Shown piece after piece: positions 33,239 to 45,749 of a stretch of DNA of 64,000 nucleotides (position 1 is its first letter; every line of letters starts with the position of its first letter). The stretch is from the UHGV virus genome UHGV-0042229; one strand, given 5' to 3'. The stretch comes from a virus. Position numbers and translations under genes: made by a program. Under the pieces are notes generated by a model. It saw nothing but the letters and a program-made list of their open reading frames with translations, was not told the DNA's origin and made no database searches.

Positions 33239-34282
33239 TTACCTAACACTCGACGAGTGACTTGTGATAGCGCCGACTCCAAGCGCGTAATCAAAGAACA
33301 ATCGTTGATGCATCGCCAGCCTACCGTGCGTCTTCTCCCAATTATCGCGGTCACGCTCAATATCACGCTGGCATGACTGGCACAGAGGAATTGCGTAAAT
33401 GTCATGCGCGCATAATCGACTATGACGAACGATATAAGGCGTAATGTGAGCGCCAGCTCCCGCCGCTCCACACCCACAGCATGGACGGGAAGCAACAAAG
33501 TCCATGTACTCAGGTAATTTTAGCGATTGCAGTTTTGGTATTTTGAAATGCGCCATGCCAGGGTCGGAGTCAACATCCACAGGGCATACTTTTGCACGCA
33601 TCGGCGCGGCGCGTTCTTCCATCATCTGGACATATGCTGTAGCGCGATCGTCATACGGGCGAATATCCGCCTCTTTCAGAGGTCCGCTATCCTGCGTTGC
33701 GGCTTTCATCTTATTTATTGATATACGGTAAACTTCTTCCGGCATCAGGTGCATCATGTTGCGCATGAAAGCCCACCAGCACAGTTCCTGAATACTTAAA
33801 TCATGGCCATCTGAAAGCCCCATTTCCTGACGGGCGACATCCAGTATCCAGTTAACGCGATTATTATGCAGCGTTTCTTTCAGCTCATTAAAACCACGCA
33901 TCCGGTAATGGTTATCGTGATGCCAGCACAACAACACCGCGCTCTTGTCTCGTTCAGCGTGGACAATATGGTTGTCACACCAACTACGATCTGCGGCCTG
34001 GCATTGCCCCTCTTTCCTGCGCAACCACGCCACCAGCGCGTCAATTCCACCAATACGGCGAAACAGTTCATCGCTGTTAAAAAACGGCTGCAACGCCTCA
34101 TTTGTTGCCATAGTTTGCTCGGAAAAAACGAGGCCGTCGTCCATGTGCTCGATTAACTCACGCGGCACCGGCTCCATAATAAATTTACGGCCAGCCTCCA
34201 CCAGCTTTCTGACTTCCTGATCCACTTTGAATGTGGCGACGCCAAGCTCTTTTTGTACAAAGGGAGTAATTACGGCTTTCAC
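33239..34282 (-). CDS. PdcB-like protein (downstream of phd-doc)
   Basis: 347-aa Cys-rich ORF; position as P1 pdcB. Confidence 0.45.
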   Translation of the reverse strand: MKAVITPFVQKELGVATFKVDQEVRKLVEAGRKFIMEPVPRELIEHMDDGLVFSEQTMATNEALQPFFNSDELFRRIGGIDALVAWLRRKEGQCQAADRSWCDNHIVHAERDKSAVLLCWHHDNHYRMRGFNELKETLHNNRVNWILDVARQEMGLSDGHDLSIQELCWWAFMRNMMHLMPEEVYRISINKMKAATQDSGPLKEADIRPYDDRATAYVQMMEERAAPMRAKVCPVDVDSDPGMAHFKIPKLQSLKLPEYMDFVASRPCCGCGAAGAGAHITPYIVRHSRLCAHDIYAIPLCQSCQRDIERDRDNWEKTHGRLAMHQRLFFDYALGVGAITSHSSSVR

Positions 34283-34309
34283 ATCACACCTTTCATCACT
34301 GATTGGGCT

Positions 34310-34510
34310 TTATCTGCTGCCCGGCATTCTCTGTTTAAGCACAACCATTTCCTGACGGCATAACACAGCAATAGCGGTCCTGGCACCAATTTGCTTACCA
34401 ACCAGGTATTGCTTTACCTCGCTGCGACTCACGCCATCAAGAAGCATCTTTAACGCTTCACGGGACAATTTGTTGTATTTGCGTGCCATTAATCTACTCC
34501 GCAGAACCAT
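34310..34510 (-). CDS. small protein downstream of doc (PdcA-like position)
   Basis: 66-aa ORF overlapping the doc stop. Confidence 0.3.
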   Translation of the reverse strand: MVLRSRLMARKYNKLSREALKMLLDGVSRSEVKQYLVGKQIGARTAIAVLCRQEMVVLKQRMPGSR

Positions 34511-34874
34511 ACAATCTACGTAACGTGTCGGCGACAGAAGATACAGATATCTCTCCGGTCGCAGCCCCTACGGTAAGGTCTGCCAGTTCAGGTGAATCAA
34601 ATACCTGCACCCCGTTACGGCGTAGAAATAACAGCGCACTGTTTAGCGCGGTACGCTTATTGGCATCATTGAATATATGCCCTCTCGCTGTAGCCACCAG
34701 GTAGGTGGCGGAGACTTCGAAAAGGTCGGTGATCTCTTCGTAGGCAACTCTGGCCTGAACTCTCCCGATAATGGCCTCTGCCCTACCCGGATCTGACATT
34801 CCCGGCAGGCCGCCGTAGCGGTTTATATTCGCATCATGAAGCGCAATAAGTTCTTCCGGTGATATATGCCTCAT
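34494..34874 (-). CDS. doc: Doc toxin (Fic-family kinase)
   Basis: 126 aa [22 protein letters not shown]... with Fic motif [11 protein letters not shown]. Confidence 0.9.
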   Translation of the reverse strand: MRHISPEELIALHDANINRYGGLPGMSDPGRAEAIIGRVQARVAYEEITDLFEVSATYLVATARGHIFNDANKRTALNSALLFLRRNGVQVFDSPELADLTVGAATGEISVSSVADTLRRLYGSAE

Positions 34875-35095
34875 TATCGGTTAACCAGTTCCTTGTTGGT
34901 GGAGTCCAGGGTGTCAAACAGGGATGCAAATTCAGCATCCAGCGCCGCTTTTTTGTAGGCTTCGAAAGTAGCCTTGCTGACAATTACTGCTGGCTCACGG
35001 CCTCTGCGGGTGATTTCAACCTCTTCCCCGGCTTCAACATTGTTGAGCACTTCAGAAAGGTTGCCGCGCGCGGTACGGAAGTTAATGGATTGCAT
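34874..35095 (-). CDS. phd: Phd antitoxin
   Basis: 73 aa [39 protein letters not shown]...; stop overlaps the doc start. Confidence 0.9.
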   Translation of the reverse strand: MQSINFRTARGNLSEVLNNVEAGEEVEITRRGREPAVIVSKATFEAYKKAALDAEFASLFDTLDSTNKELVNR

Positions 35096-35271
35096 AAACA
35101 CCTCGTGTACTCGTTATGTGTACACAATTATAAACTTCACAGGCATAAAGCACCAGCACTTTGCGGCTTAACAAACCTCTAGGCAGATCATTCGTAGCCT
35201 AATGTCCGAACTGCTAAAGCATCCAAGTTGCTGTAGAATCACCGCCAATTACATAAGCCTGAAATAAGTGG

Positions 35272-36833
35272 ATGAAAATGACAAGTATTCAACAACGTGC
35301 AGAGCTTCATCGTCAAATCTGGCAAATTGCTAACGATGTCAGGGGTTCGGTCGATGGATGGGATTTTAAGCAATACGTTCTGGGCGCACTTTTCTACCGT
35401 TTTATCAGCGAAAATTTTTCCAGCCATATGGAAGCCGGTGATGACAGTATCTGTTATGCGAAACTGGATGACAGCGTAATTACTGATGACATTAAAGACG
35501 ATGCCATCAAAACTAAAGGCTACTTCATCTACCCCAGTCAGCTTTTCTGCAACGTAGCTGCGAAAGCAAATACCAATGACAGACTGAATGCGGATTTAAA
35601 CAGCATCTTCGTTGCTATCGAAAGTTCTGCTTACGGTTACCCTTCAGAAGCTGACATCAAAGGTTTGTTTGCTGATTTCGATACCACCAGTAACCGCCTG
35701 GGTAACACCGTTAAGGATAAAAATGCCCGCCTGGCCGCGGTTCTGAAAGGGGTTGAAGGGTTAAAGCTTGGCGACTTTAACGAACATCAGATTGACCTGT
35801 TCGGCGATGCCTATGAGTTCCTGATTTCTAACTATGCGGCAAATGCCGGTAAGTCAGGCGGTGAGTTCTTTACACCGCAGCACGTCTCCAAGCTGATTGC
35901 ACAACTGGCTATGCACGGGCAGACCAGCGTTAACAAAATCTACGACCCGGCAGCGGGTTCCGGCTCACTGTTGTTGCAGGCGAAAAAACAGTTTGATAAC
36001 CATATCATCGAAGAAGGTTTTTCGGTCAGGAAATCAACCATACGACCTATAACCTGGCGCGTATGAACATGTTTTTGCACAACATCAACTACGACAAGTT
36101 TGATATCAAGCTGGGCAATACGCTGACTGAACCGCACTTCAGAGATGAAAAACCGTTTGATGCCATCGTTTCTAACCCGCCGTATTCGGTGAAATGGATT
36201 GGCAGCGATGACCCGACGCTGATTAACGATGAGCGTTTTGCCCCGGCTGGCGTTCTGGCCCCCAAATCCAAAGCTGACTTTGCGTTTGTATTACATGCGC
36301 TGAACTATCTTTCGGCCAAAGGTCGTGCTGCGATTGTCTGCTTCCCGGGTATTTTTTACCGTGGCGGCGCAGAGCAGAAAATCCGTCAGTATCTGGTCGA
36401 TAATAACTATGTCGAAACCGTAATTTCACTGGCTCCGAACCTGTTCTTTGGCACCACCATTGCCGTAAACATTCTGGTTCTGTCCAAACATAAAACGGAT
36501 ACCAACGTTCAGTTTATTGATGCCAGCGAACTGTTCAAAAAAGAGACCAACAACAATATCCTGACCGATGCCCATATCGAACAGATTATGCAGGTATTTG
36601 CCAGCAAGGAAGATGTTGCTCATCTGGCGAAATCTGTTGCGTTTGAGACTGTTGTCGCGAATGACTATAACCTGTCGGTAAGCAGCTATGTGGAAGCCAA
36701 AGATACCCGCGAAGTTGTAGATATCACTGAACTGAATGCCGAACTGAAAACCACCGTCAGCAAAATCGACCAATTGCGCAAAGATATTGATGCGATTGTG
36801 GCTGAAATTGAAGGCTGCGAGGTGCAGAAATGA
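35272..36833 (+). pseudogene. hsdM: type IC HsdM (EcoR124-family) interrupted by a -1 frameshift
   Basis: Two ORFs (35272..36066 and 36063..36833) together cover an HsdM with FxGxG-like AAGSGSLL and NPPY; reading frame switches at the T5 run 36018..36022. Confidence 0.85.
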
Positions 36834-38104
36834 GCGAGTTGAGTTATCTGGAAAAATTGCTGGATGGGGTTGAGGTTGAGTGGAAATCTTTGGGTGAAAT
36901 TGCCACTAAAATTTACTCAGGGGGAACCCCGGATACAAAAAGAAAAGAGTATTGGGAGAATGGAACTATTCCCTGGATGAGTTCTGGCGAAGTGAACTTA
37001 AAAAATATTGAAAGGACAGAGAAATATATTACTGAGGCTGGATTAAATAACTCTAGTGCCAAATTAGTACCGAGAAACTCTGTAGTCATAGCCTTGGCTG
37101 GTCAGGGAAAAACTCGAGGTAAAGTAGCAAGAATCCGTATCGCATTAGCTACTAATCAATCACTTGCAGCACTTACATTTGATGAAAAGAAATTCAGTTC
37201 CGATTACGTATTCCATTTTTTAGAGACTCAGTATGAGAGTTTGCGTCAAATATCATCTGGAAACAGCGGACGCGGCGGACTAAATCTGCAAATGATTTCA
37301 GCATACAAAATCCCAATTCCCTGCCCGGATAATCCGGAAAAATCCCTTGCCATCCAGTCTGAAATCGTTCGGATTCTGGACAAATTCAGCGAGCTTACAG
37401 CAGAGCTTACAGCAGAGCTTAACATGCGTAAAAAACAGTACAACTACTATCGCGACCAGTTGTTGCGTTTTAAAGAGGGTGAGGTTGAGTGGAAGACTTT
37501 GGGGGAAATTGGAGATTTTACATATGGATATGCAGCCAAAGCCATGGATTCAGGAGATGCCCGTTTCGTGAGAATTACTGACATAAATAAAGACGGGAAG
37601 CTATCGAAAGAAAACCCAATGTACGTTGAATTAAATGAGGAAAATGAGAAATATACCTTAGACAAAAATGATTTACTCATGGCAAGAACTGGGGCAACCT
37701 TTGGTAAAACAATGATTTTTGAAGAAGATTATCCAGCAGTATACGCTGGTTTTTTAATAAAGTTGAACCTAAATAAAACGATTATTAATGCCAAATATTA
37801 CTGGCACTTTGCACAAAGTGATTTTTTTTGGGAACAGGCTAATAAATTAGTATCTGGTGGTGGGCAACCACAGTTTAATGCTAATGCACTGAAACAAGTC
37901 AGAGTACCTATTCCATACCCATCTCACCCTCAAAAATCTTTAGACGAACAGGGGCGTATTGTGGATATTCTGGATAAGTTTGATGCAATCGCAGCTTCCA
38001 TCACCGAAGGTCTCCCGCGTGAAATCGAGTTGCGCCAGAAACAATACGAGTACTATCGTGATTTACTGTTCAGTTTCCCGAAACCTGAAACTGTCAGTAA
38101 TTAA
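36830..38104 (+). CDS. hsdS: type IC specificity subunit HsdS
   Basis: Conserved N-terminus [24 protein letters not shown], central repeat TAELTAEL, C-terminal conserved region [27 protein letters not shown], two variable TRDs. Confidence 0.85.
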   Translation: MSELSYLEKLLDGVEVEWKSLGEIATKIYSGGTPDTKRKEYWENGTIPWMSSGEVNLKNIERTEKYITEAGLNNSSAKLVPRNSVVIALAGQGKTRGKVARIRIALATNQSLAALTFDEKKFSSDYVFHFLETQYESLRQISSGNSGRGGLNLQMISAYKIPIPCPDNPEKSLAIQSEIVRILDKFSELTAELTAELNMRKKQYNYYRDQLLRFKEGEVEWKTLGEIGDFTYGYAAKAMDSGDARFVRITDINKDGKLSKENPMYVELNEENEKYTLDKNDLLMARTGATFGKTMIFEEDYPAVYAGFLIKLNLNKTIINAKYYWHFAQSDFFWEQANKLVSGGGQPQFNANALKQVRVPIPYPSHPQKSLDEQGRIVDILDKFDAIAASITEGLPREIELRQKQYEYYRDLLFSFPKPETVSN

Positions 38105-38225
38105 TTGACCATTGCTACCGACCGGACCACCTTAACATCCGGTCTGTATATAGACTATTTTTTACGTGCCGGAAGTCACCCTTAACTCCCTTCCGGCCCT
38201 TGCCAGACGGCACAAAGGATGCGCT

Positions 38226-41200
38226 ATGACTCATCAGACACACACTATTGCTGAATCCAATAACTTTATCGTCCTTGATAAGTACATCAAAGCTGAGCCA
38301 ACAGGCGACAGCTACCAGAGCGAATCGGACCTGGAACGTGAACTGATTCAGGACCTGCGGAATCAGGGCTATGAATTTATATCCGTAAAATCTCAGTCGG
38401 CTATGCTGTCCAATGTTCGGGAACAGCTTCAGAGCCTCAATGGTGTGGTGTTTAATGACAGCGAGTGGCGGCGTTTCACGGAGCAGTATCTGGACAACCC
38501 GAGCGATGGCATTCTGGATAAAACCCGTAAAATCCATATCGACTATATCTGCGACTTTATTTTTGACGACGGGCGACTTGAGAACATCTATTTGATAGAT
38601 AAAAAGAATCTCATGCGCAATAAGGTGCAGATTATCCAGCAGTTTGAACAGACGGGTTCTCATGCTAACCGTTATGACGTCACGATCCTGGTTAATGGCT
38701 TACCACTGGTACAAATCGAACTGAAAAAGCGCGGCGTGGCGATTCGTGAGGCTTTCAACCAGATACATCGTTACAGTAAAGAGAGTTTTAACAGCGAAAA
38801 TTCCCTGTTTAAGTATCTGCAACTGTTTGTCATTTCTAACGGCACCGATACCCGTTACTTTGCCAACACCACAAAGCGCGATAAAAACAGTTTTGATTTC
38901 ACCATGAACTGGGCGAAATCAGACAACACGCTGATTAAAGACCTCAAAGACTTTACCGCTACCTTTTTCCAGAAACATACTCTGCTGAATGTTCTGGTGA
39001 ACTACAGCGTGTTTGACAGTAGTCAGACGTTACTGGTGATGCGACCGTACCAGATTGCCGCCACCGAGCGCATTCTGTGGAAAATTAAGAGCTCCTTTAC
39101 AGCGAAGAACTGGTCAAAACCGGAAAGCGGTGGGTATATCTGGCACACTACCGGTTCTGGTAAAACCCTTACCAGCTTTAAAGCCGCGCGTCTGGCAACA
39201 GAGCTGGACTTTATTGATAAAGTCTTCTTTGTGGTCGACAGAAAAGACCTCGATTACCAGACCATGAAGGAATATCAGCGTTTTTCGCCAGACAGCGTCA
39301 ACGGCTCGGAAAATACCGCAGGCCTTAAACGAAATCTGGATAAGGACGATAACAAAATTATCGTCACTACTATTCAGAAACTCAATAACCTGATGAAAGC
39401 AGAAAGCGACCTGCCTGTATATAATCAGCAAGTGGTGTTCATATTTGATGAATGCCACCGCAGCCAGTTTGGAGAAGCGCAGAAAAACCTGAAGAAGAAA
39501 TTCAAACGCTATTATCAGTTTGGTTTTACCGGCACCCCTATTTTCCCGGAAAACGCCTTAGGCTCAGAAACAACCGCCAGCGTATTTGGTCGTGAATTGC
39601 ATTCGTATGTAATTACCGATGCGATTCGTGACGAAAAAGTGCTCAAATTCAAGGTGGACTACAACGATGTGCGGCCACAGTTTAAGTCTTTAGAGACAGA
39701 AACTGACGAGAAAAAACTAAGTGCGGCTGAAAATCAGCAGGCGTTTCTTCATCCCATGCGTATTCAGGAAATCACGCAATATATTCTGAATAATTTCCGC
39801 CAGAAAACTCACCGTACCTTCCCTGGCTCAAAAGGTTTTAATGCTATGTTGGCAGTGAGCAGCGTGGATGCCGCGAAAGCCTATTATGCGACGTTTAAAC
39901 GGTTACAAGAAGAAGCCGCTAATAAATCGGCTACCTATAAACCGCTGCGTATTGCGACAATCTTCTCCTTTGCCGCCAATGAAGAACAAAATGCCATTGG
40001 TGAAATTTCCGATGAAACTTTTGATACCAGCGCAATGGACAGCAGTGCTAAAGAGTTTCTGGACGCTGCAATTCGTGAATATAACAGCCATTTTAAAACT
40101 AACTTTAGCACCGACAGTAACGGTTTTCAGAACTACTATCGTGATTTAGCCCAGCGGGTTAAAAATCAGGATATCGATCTGCTAATTGTCGTGGGGATGT
40201 TTTTAACCGGCTTCGATGCTCCAACATTGAACACGCTATTCGTCGATAAAAACTTGCGTTTTCACGGCCTGATGCAGGCATTTTCCCGCACCAACCGTAT
40301 TTATGATGCAACTAAAACCTTCGGTAATATCGTCACTTTCCGGGATCTGGAACGCTCAACTATTGATGCCATAACGCTGTTTGGTGACAAAAACACCAAA
40401 AATGTGGTGTTAGAAAAGAGTTATACAGAGTATATGGAAGGCTTTACTGATGCTACTACTGGTGAAGCTAAACGCGGCTTCATGACAGTAGTTTCAGAAC
40501 TGGAACAACGGTTCCCTGACCCTACCAGTATTGAAAGTGAAAAAGAGAAGAAAGACTTCGTTAAACTGTTTGGCGAATACCTGCGTGCCGAGAACATCCT
40601 GCAAAACTATGATGAATTTGCCACGCTAAAAGCCCTGCAACAAATCGATCTTAGCGATCCTGTTGCGGTAGAAAAATTCAAAGCAGAACATTATGTGGAT
40701 GATGAAAAGTTCGCTGAATTGCAAACAATTCGTCTCCCTGCTGATCGCAAGATTCAGGATTATCGTTCTGCCTATAACGATATTCGCGACTGGCAGCGCC
40801 GTGAGAAAGAAGCTGAGAAAAAAGAGAAATCAACCACTGACTGGGATGACGTAGTTTTTGAGGTCGATTTGCTGAAGTCTCAGGAAATAAACCTGGATTA
40901 TATCCTTGGACTGATTTTCGAACACAACAGACAAAATAAAGGCAAGGGCGAAATGATCGAAGAGGTCAAACGCTTAATTCGTTCAAGCCTAGGGAACCGT
41001 GCTAAAGAGGGCCTGGTGGTCGATTTTATTCAGCAAACGAACCTGGATGATTTACCGGACAAAGCCAGCATCATTGACGCATTCTTTACGTTTGCTCAAC
41101 GCGAACAGCAACGTGAAGCAGAAGCATTGATAAAAGAAGAAAATCTCAATGAAGATGCAGCAAAACGCTATATTCGCACGTCTTTAAAACGCGAATATGC

Positions 41201-41342
41201 CACCGAAAATGGCACAGAATTAAACGAAACATTACCAAAACTTAGTCCGTTGAATCCGCAATATAAAACGAAAAAACAGGCAGTTTTCCAGAAAATCGTC
41301 TCGTTTATTGAGAAGTTTAAAGGGGTAGGCGGAAAAATATAG
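38226..41342 (+). CDS. hsdR: type IC restriction endonuclease subunit HsdR
   Basis: 1038 aa from [20 protein letters not shown]...; helicase motifs TGSGKT and DECH; ORF track start at 38166 lies upstream in frame. Confidence 0.9.
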   Translation: MTHQTHTIAESNNFIVLDKYIKAEPTGDSYQSESDLERELIQDLRNQGYEFISVKSQSAMLSNVREQLQSLNGVVFNDSEWRRFTEQYLDNPSDGILDKTRKIHIDYICDFIFDDGRLENIYLIDKKNLMRNKVQIIQQFEQTGSHANRYDVTILVNGLPLVQIELKKRGVAIREAFNQIHRYSKESFNSENSLFKYLQLFVISNGTDTRYFANTTKRDKNSFDFTMNWAKSDNTLIKDLKDFTATFFQKHTLLNVLVNYSVFDSSQTLLVMRPYQIAATERILWKIKSSFTAKNWSKPESGGYIWHTTGSGKTLTSFKAARLATELDFIDKVFFVVDRKDLDYQTMKEYQRFSPDSVNGSENTAGLKRNLDKDDNKIIVTTIQKLNNLMKAESDLPVYNQQVVFIFDECHRSQFGEAQKNLKKKFKRYYQFGFTGTPIFPENALGSETTASVFGRELHSYVITDAIRDEKVLKFKVDYNDVRPQFKSLETETDEKKLSAAENQQAFLHPMRIQEITQYILNNFRQKTHRTFPGSKGFNAMLAVSSVDAAKAYYATFKRLQEEAANKSATYKPLRIATIFSFAANEEQNAIGEISDETFDTSAMDSSAKEFLDAAIREYNSHFKTNFSTDSNGFQNYYRDLAQRVKNQDIDLLIVVGMFLTGFDAPTLNTLFVDKNLRFHGLMQAFSRTNRIYDATKTFGNIVTFRDLERSTIDAITLFGDKNTKNVVLEKSYTEYMEGFTDATTGEAKRGFMTVVSELEQRFPDPTSIESEKEKKDFVKLFGEYLRAENILQNYDEFATLKALQQIDLSDPVAVEKFKAEHYVDDEKFAELQTIRLPADRKIQDYRSAYNDIRDWQRREKEAEKKEKSTTDWDDVVFEVDLLKSQEINLDYILGLIFEHNRQNKGKGEMIEEVKRLIRSSLGNRAKEGLVVDFIQQTNLDDLPDKASIIDAFFTFAQREQQREAEALIKEENLNEDAAKRYIRTSLKREYATENGTELNETLPKLSPLNPQYKTKKQAVFQKIVSFIEKFKGVGGKI

Positions 41343-41429
41343 CCCAATTCGTGTTTTTCTTGCGGGTTCTTTATTAAACCCGCAAGAGATCGTGGGGTTC
41401 CAAATGGCTAATATACTCCCCTTACCCAT

Positions 41430-41516
41430 GCGCGACGATGCCGCCAAAAGTGATAGAGAACAGCCAGAAATAGATCGTGGCCATAATGATTTTGAATGCC
41501 GTGTTCATATTTTCAG
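41430..41516 (-). CDS. possible 28-aa hydrophobic peptide
   Basis: MNTAFKIIMATIYFWLFSITFGGIVAHG after GGAGCTG, downstream of a C1 operator; speculative. Confidence 0.2.
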
Positions 41517-41590
41517 CTCCAGTGATTGATTGGATACATGCCGCGCCTTGCGGCATGTTTTTATTTTCACTTTCTCTGTTTTAAAAATCA

Positions 41591-41607
41591 AGATTTATTA
41601 GAGCAAT
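41591..41607 (-). promoter_or_regulatory. C1 operator (1 mismatch)
   Basis: AGATTTATTAGAGCAAT. Confidence 0.6.
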
Positions 41608-42113
41608 TATTGTTGATGGAGAAGCGCGTTTTCATACTCCCTGACCATTAACGTAAGTACGCCGTGACTCCTGAAAACACGCGCCACTTCAATCTTATCT
41701 TCCAGCGCGAACGCGATTTTACTTAGACCAATTTTCTTAAGGAGATCAATCTTTGCTGGGCCGTCATTTCTGTCATCGGTGGCAGGACGCATAGATAGCA
41801 AAGGCTCAGCCCCATTTGTTACGTGCTTACGCAACCAGGCTCGTGTTTTATCCCTGGCTATCTCACAGCGCCCGGTTACAAACCAGAGGGTGTAAATGCC
41901 GGACAACTGGCGCACCATATCAATAACTGGAGTGATGGGAGCATCAGTGTCACAGGCGAGATTAAACTCGTTCCAGTCCTTTGTTAATGCACCTTTACCT
42001 GGTGGCGGAAGCAAATGCAGTCTGTCTTCAGTTGCCTCTGATATTGTTCCATCAATATCGACTATGACGATATACGGACGTTCCTGGTGTGCGTGTTTAT
42101 TGAAAATACTCAA
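41607..42113 (-). CDS. HAD-superfamily hydrolase-like protein
   Basis: 168 aa with HAD motif I DIDGT near the N-terminus. Confidence 0.45.
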   Translation of the reverse strand: MSIFNKHAHQERPYIVIVDIDGTISEATEDRLHLLPPPGKGALTKDWNEFNLACDTDAPITPVIDMVRQLSGIYTLWFVTGRCEIARDKTRAWLRKHVTNGAEPLLSMRPATDDRNDGPAKIDLLKKIGLSKIAFALEDKIEVARVFRSHGVLTLMVREYENALLHQQ

Positions 42114-42186
42114 ATGCCCTCCTCATTGGACGAAAAAAAATGCTGGTGGGCGCACTCCACCAGCATTAAAAGTGACACTGTAACTA

Positions 42187-43449
42187 TCAGCGGACGTAAA
42201 TAGTGCCGCAGTTCTCTTTTTCCCATGCATCGCTACGTGCATAGCAAACATCGAGAAGTCTTCTTGCCGCTGTTTCCTCTAAACCCAATTCGACAACCAA
42301 CTGCTCATGACGGCGGGTAACCACATCAAACAGGGTATGCAACCCTTTAGTTGCCAGATCATCAATGAATTCCGGTTCGAACGGCAGCTCTGCATCTGCC
42401 AACATAACCTCTTGCGCCCACTCAACTCGACGGACCAATTCCGGGCGGCGGCTTTCCATCTCTTTACAGATCAATTCATGGAAGAACTCTACCCAACCTT
42501 CCGGCTGGAACTCGCGGAAAATTGCCAACGGCTGGAAGTTTGGCATCAACCATTCGTTGATTCGGATATCAATGGCATAGCCCATGTCGCAGCAGAACTG
42601 ATAAGCAAAGTCCAGCTTAGAAACGATATAAGGACGCTCGTTATTGAACTCTTTAGGCGATGAGATCCCATAAGCCAGGAGGCGCGGGAAGAAGGAGATT
42701 TGCCCTAACGTCGGATGAAGTTTGCTTGCAGGGAAACGGCGCTCAGTAATGCCATACATTTCCTTCTTGAGCGTCGCAAATTTGGCATTCTCATTAACCA
42801 GCGCGGTAACCTCTGCTTTTTTATTAGCAAATGCCACGCGCGCTTCGCTTGCATCTTTAATAGTTTTTTTGAGCTGTTGGTTAAGGTCGGCGACCTGCTT
42901 ACGCAGTTCCTGTCGCTCGCTTTTAGCTTTGTTATAGCGTTTCTCAAGGTTAAAAGGATCAAGTTTCATGATCTCTTTATATTGAGATTTTAGCGTTGAA
43001 ATCTGTGAGTTCCGCAGTTCAACCATCGCGGTCATTTCATTGAGTTTTGTTTCCAGCTCAATGCTTATACGTTCGGCATTATCAGCACGCTGGTTGGCGT
43101 CATGCGTCGCATCGTCGATCGCGTCCTGTTGCTGGCGTTTCAAATGTTCAATTTGCAGCTGAAGCTCTTCAATTTCTTTACCCTTCAGACCGAGATCCAA
43201 CTGCATATTTTCAGCTGCATCTACCAGGGAGTTATGGCTATCAGCTTCTGCGTTATAAACATCAATAAGCTGTGCGTGAAGCATCTCCGCTGACTGAACC
43301 GCATTATCAAAAAAACGCGCTGTGAGGTCATCACAACTAACGCGGCGTTGCGCGGCCCGGATGTTCTGGATAATGGCCGGGATACCGGCATTCAGGACGT
43401 CAGGGATAGATACATTTTCGATTGATTGGTTTTGTGCTGAAGTGATCAT
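42187..43449 (-). CDS. coiled-coil protein, unknown function
   Basis: 420 aa; long heptad-rich central region, Cys/Trp-containing C-terminal domain. Confidence 0.45.
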   Translation of the reverse strand: MITSAQNQSIENVSIPDVLNAGIPAIIQNIRAAQRRVSCDDLTARFFDNAVQSAEMLHAQLIDVYNAEADSHNSLVDAAENMQLDLGLKGKEIEELQLQIEHLKRQQQDAIDDATHDANQRADNAERISIELETKLNEMTAMVELRNSQISTLKSQYKEIMKLDPFNLEKRYNKAKSERQELRKQVADLNQQLKKTIKDASEARVAFANKKAEVTALVNENAKFATLKKEMYGITERRFPASKLHPTLGQISFFPRLLAYGISSPKEFNNERPYIVSKLDFAYQFCCDMGYAIDIRINEWLMPNFQPLAIFREFQPEGWVEFFHELICKEMESRRPELVRRVEWAQEVMLADAELPFEPEFIDDLATKGLHTLFDVVTRRHEQLVVELGLEETAARRLLDVCYARSDAWEKENCGTIYVR

Positions 43450-43450
43450 T

Positions 43451-43669
43451 TCAAAGTTCCGTATTAGCTTGTGCTTCGGTCATTTTTCCTAAGTATGAAG
43501 GAGGAAGGACTACGCAATTTGTATCCAGTCCCTCACCTATGGCAGCCTGTAAAATTCTGGCTAAGGTGAGTCTCTTGTTGCGATACCTGGTGATGACATG
43601 CCTGATACCGCCGGTCGGCGTAACAAAGGCGATCAGCCAGTAGTGATATTTCCGTCGGAATGGCCACAT
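43451..43669 (-). CDS. hypothetical small protein
   Basis: 72-aa ORF at head of the minus-strand operon downstream of paired operators. Confidence 0.3.
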   Translation of the reverse strand: MWPFRRKYHYWLIAFVTPTGGIRHVITRYRNKRLTLARILQAAIGEGLDTNCVVLPPSYLGKMTEAQANTEL

Positions 43670-43690
43670 AGTGCACCTTGTAGATTGCTC

Positions 43691-43707
43691 TAATAAAAAA
43701 CGTGATG
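43691..43707 (+). promoter_or_regulatory. C1 operator-like site (3 mismatches at the 3' end)
   Basis: ATTGCTCTAATAAAAAA. Confidence 0.45.
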
Positions 43708-43739
43708 AGTGTACATCACGTTTTAAAAATATGGAATTA

Positions 43740-43756
43740 TTAGAGCAATATTATTC
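43740..43756 (-). promoter_or_regulatory. C1 operator-like site (3 mismatches), inverted partner of 43691..43707
   Basis: GGAATTATTAGAGCAAT; the pair flanks the palindrome GTGATGAGTGTACATCAC. Confidence 0.4.
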
Positions 43757-44452
43757 TGATTCTCGCTCAAAAAATGAGCTGATAAGGGGAAGCCAATCCT
43801 CTGACACTTCGCGAGGTCGCGGTTTGCCGTGGAAAAAGATTATTCGGCAGTCTTTTGGTAATGCCCCATTCCCCCTGGAGTAACGCGCGCTCGCATATTT
43901 TGAACCAGGTTCCACAACATCGGCCTTGTAACTTACAAACCATCCTGGATACAGATCCTGAAATGCTGGTGTATCATCGCCCATAACCTTTCGTAAGAAC
44001 CCCTGGTCACCCCAGCACTCAGTAGTGACACAACGAGAAATCCAACCTTCCGGATCTTGCCAGAATGAACTCCAGATATGCGCTTTAACACTATTTGGTA
44101 TCCACAGGGCACCGCTGCCACGATATTGTGGATGGTAAAAATCCCTAAGCATGGTGAAGCTGGTTGGTGGATGCTCTAGGATTGGGCGTATATCACCGGC
44201 AATAACCGTGTCCAAATCCAGATAGAACAGATCATCGGTTATATCCGGTCGGAACAACTCTATTTTCGCCCACCAGCCACGGCACTTTTGCCACTGGTTG
44301 ATCAATGGGACAACTTTGACGCCAGGTACATGTAAACGCTTCAGGTCTGTCAGGCAAATAATTTCATAGCCTTTTGGCAGTTGATTAACCAGCCACTGCA
44401 CATCGGAAGCGTTATAGTCACCACCAGAGCGAAAAACTAAAGCAATCTTCAT
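43751..44452 (-). CDS. DxD-motif glycosyltransferase-like protein
   Basis: 233 aa with [12 protein letters not shown]. Confidence 0.4.
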   Translation of the reverse strand: MKIALVFRSGGDYNASDVQWLVNQLPKGYEIICLTDLKRLHVPGVKVVPLINQWQKCRGWWAKIELFRPDITDDLFYLDLDTVIAGDIRPILEHPPTSFTMLRDFYHPQYRGSGALWIPNSVKAHIWSSFWQDPEGWISRCVTTECWGDQGFLRKVMGDDTPAFQDLYPGWFVSYKADVVEPGSKYASARYSRGNGALPKDCRIIFFHGKPRPREVSEDWLPLISSFFERESE

Positions 44453-45141
44453 GCTGCACCATCACCTTTCACTTTCATCAATGTCAGGTTTCCGCAAAAT
44501 ACGGCACCAGTGTCGATATACTGCTGATTCCAGAATGTCTTCGGGCTTTTCACCGGAGTGTGACCAAAGATAAAACGATCTGCGCCCGAAATTTCGCCAC
44601 CAATATCATCCATCGAATCACTGATACGCTCGCGCGCCCAGACAACGTTGAAAAGCGGCACCTCCTTACCGAATTGGTATTCATTATCCGGATAGTCGGC
44701 ATGGGCTATAACGATAGTTTCTTGCCCGGTGTTCAACTCAATGATATAGGGCAGACGCTTTACCAGCTCCACCAGCGCCCAGGCTAATATTTCCTGATCA
44801 GTGTCCAGCATGAAGAACCATTGTCCGCCATTCATTAGCCAGTTATTCACGTTGCCATCTGGACTTAACGCATCAATCATCAGCCGCTCATGGTTCCCCA
44901 TCACTGCCCTGAACCAGGGCATCTGCAATAGTTCCAGACATTCGACATTTTCAGTACCGCGATCGATAAGGTCGCCGACCGATATCAGTAAATCCTGCGC
45001 CGGGTCAAAATCCACACGATGGAGTTCGGACATCAGTCTGGTGTAGCAACCATGCAGATCACCAACAACCCAGACATTCCTGTATTTGGTACCGTCGATA
45101 CGGTGATAAATTGTGGGTGCCATCATGTATTCTTCAGCCAT
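44449..45141 (-). CDS. ppp: lambda-PPase-type Ser/Thr protein phosphatase (metallophosphoesterase)
   Basis: GDLHGC, GDLIDRG and GNHE motifs. Confidence 0.75.
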   Translation of the reverse strand: MAEEYMMAPTIYHRIDGTKYRNVWVVGDLHGCYTRLMSELHRVDFDPAQDLLISVGDLIDRGTENVECLELLQMPWFRAVMGNHERLMIDALSPDGNVNNWLMNGGQWFFMLDTDQEILAWALVELVKRLPYIIELNTGQETIVIAHADYPDNEYQFGKEVPLFNVVWARERISDSMDDIGGEISGADRFIFGHTPVKSPKTFWNQQYIDTGAVFCGNLTLMKVKGDGAA

Positions 45142-45749
45142 TCTTTAAGAGTCATCTGCGGAATACCTCCCATTTTCCCGCATGAAACAACGTCAATCCG
45201 TTCACGCGCAGACTGGAATAACAAAGGCAGGTGACTTAGATTTTTTGGCGTGCCGCCGGAGTGAACGCGTGGTTCTTGTGTAGCGTCAACGCCCACCAGG
45301 GCGACATGTTTGAATCCGATATGGAAAGCCAGGTTCAGAGCGCCATATGCACTATTGCCGCTGGCAATTTCATTCTCATCTTCGCAAAGTCCGAAATGTG
45401 CGGACCAGCGCCACGCCCACCACTCGGGAGAATTCGTATTTTTTGGCTCCATGCCACGTTCAGCCACACGACGGAAGCACAGAACGCCGTCTCTGACTTC
45501 ACGTTCTTTAACATCGGGTAGTGCCATGCAATAACAAACACCACGGCGACGGCGGCCACGACCAACGCGCCGCATATTGTCTGGCGATGGATCAAGTGTG
45601 AAAAAATAAGAAGCGCGGTTCAGCCAGTCGATGGCCCCATTGACCGCTATAATCGGCACTCCGCGCGGCGCAACAAAGTTTGCGGCGCTTGGGCCACTGC
45701 CGACGATAATAACGCGATCACTGCCTCTAAATTTATTCTTGGGAAACAT
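45123..45749 (-). CDS. hypothetical protein, paralog A (GSGPS..IIAVN family)
   Basis: [14 protein letters not shown]...[11 protein letters not shown]...ALVGVDAT. Confidence 0.45.
   Translation of the reverse strand: MFPKNKFRGSDRVIIVGSGPSAANFVAPRGVPIIAVNGAIDWLNRASYFFTLDPSPDNMRRVGRGRRRRGVCYCMALPDVKEREVRDGVLCFRRVAERGMEPKNTNSPEWWAWRWSAHFGLCEDENEIASGNSAYGALNLAFHIGFKHVALVGVDATQEPRVHSGGTPKNLSHLPLLFQSARERIDVVSCGKMGGIPQMTLKEWLKNT

Noticed and set aside
41355-41395. Hairpin CTTGCGGGTT-CTTTATTA-AACCCGCAAG after hsdR, considered as an intrinsic terminator
   Set aside because: The T-run precedes rather than follows the stem on the plus strand and there is no U-tract on the minus strand; a stable stem-loop but not a canonical terminator.
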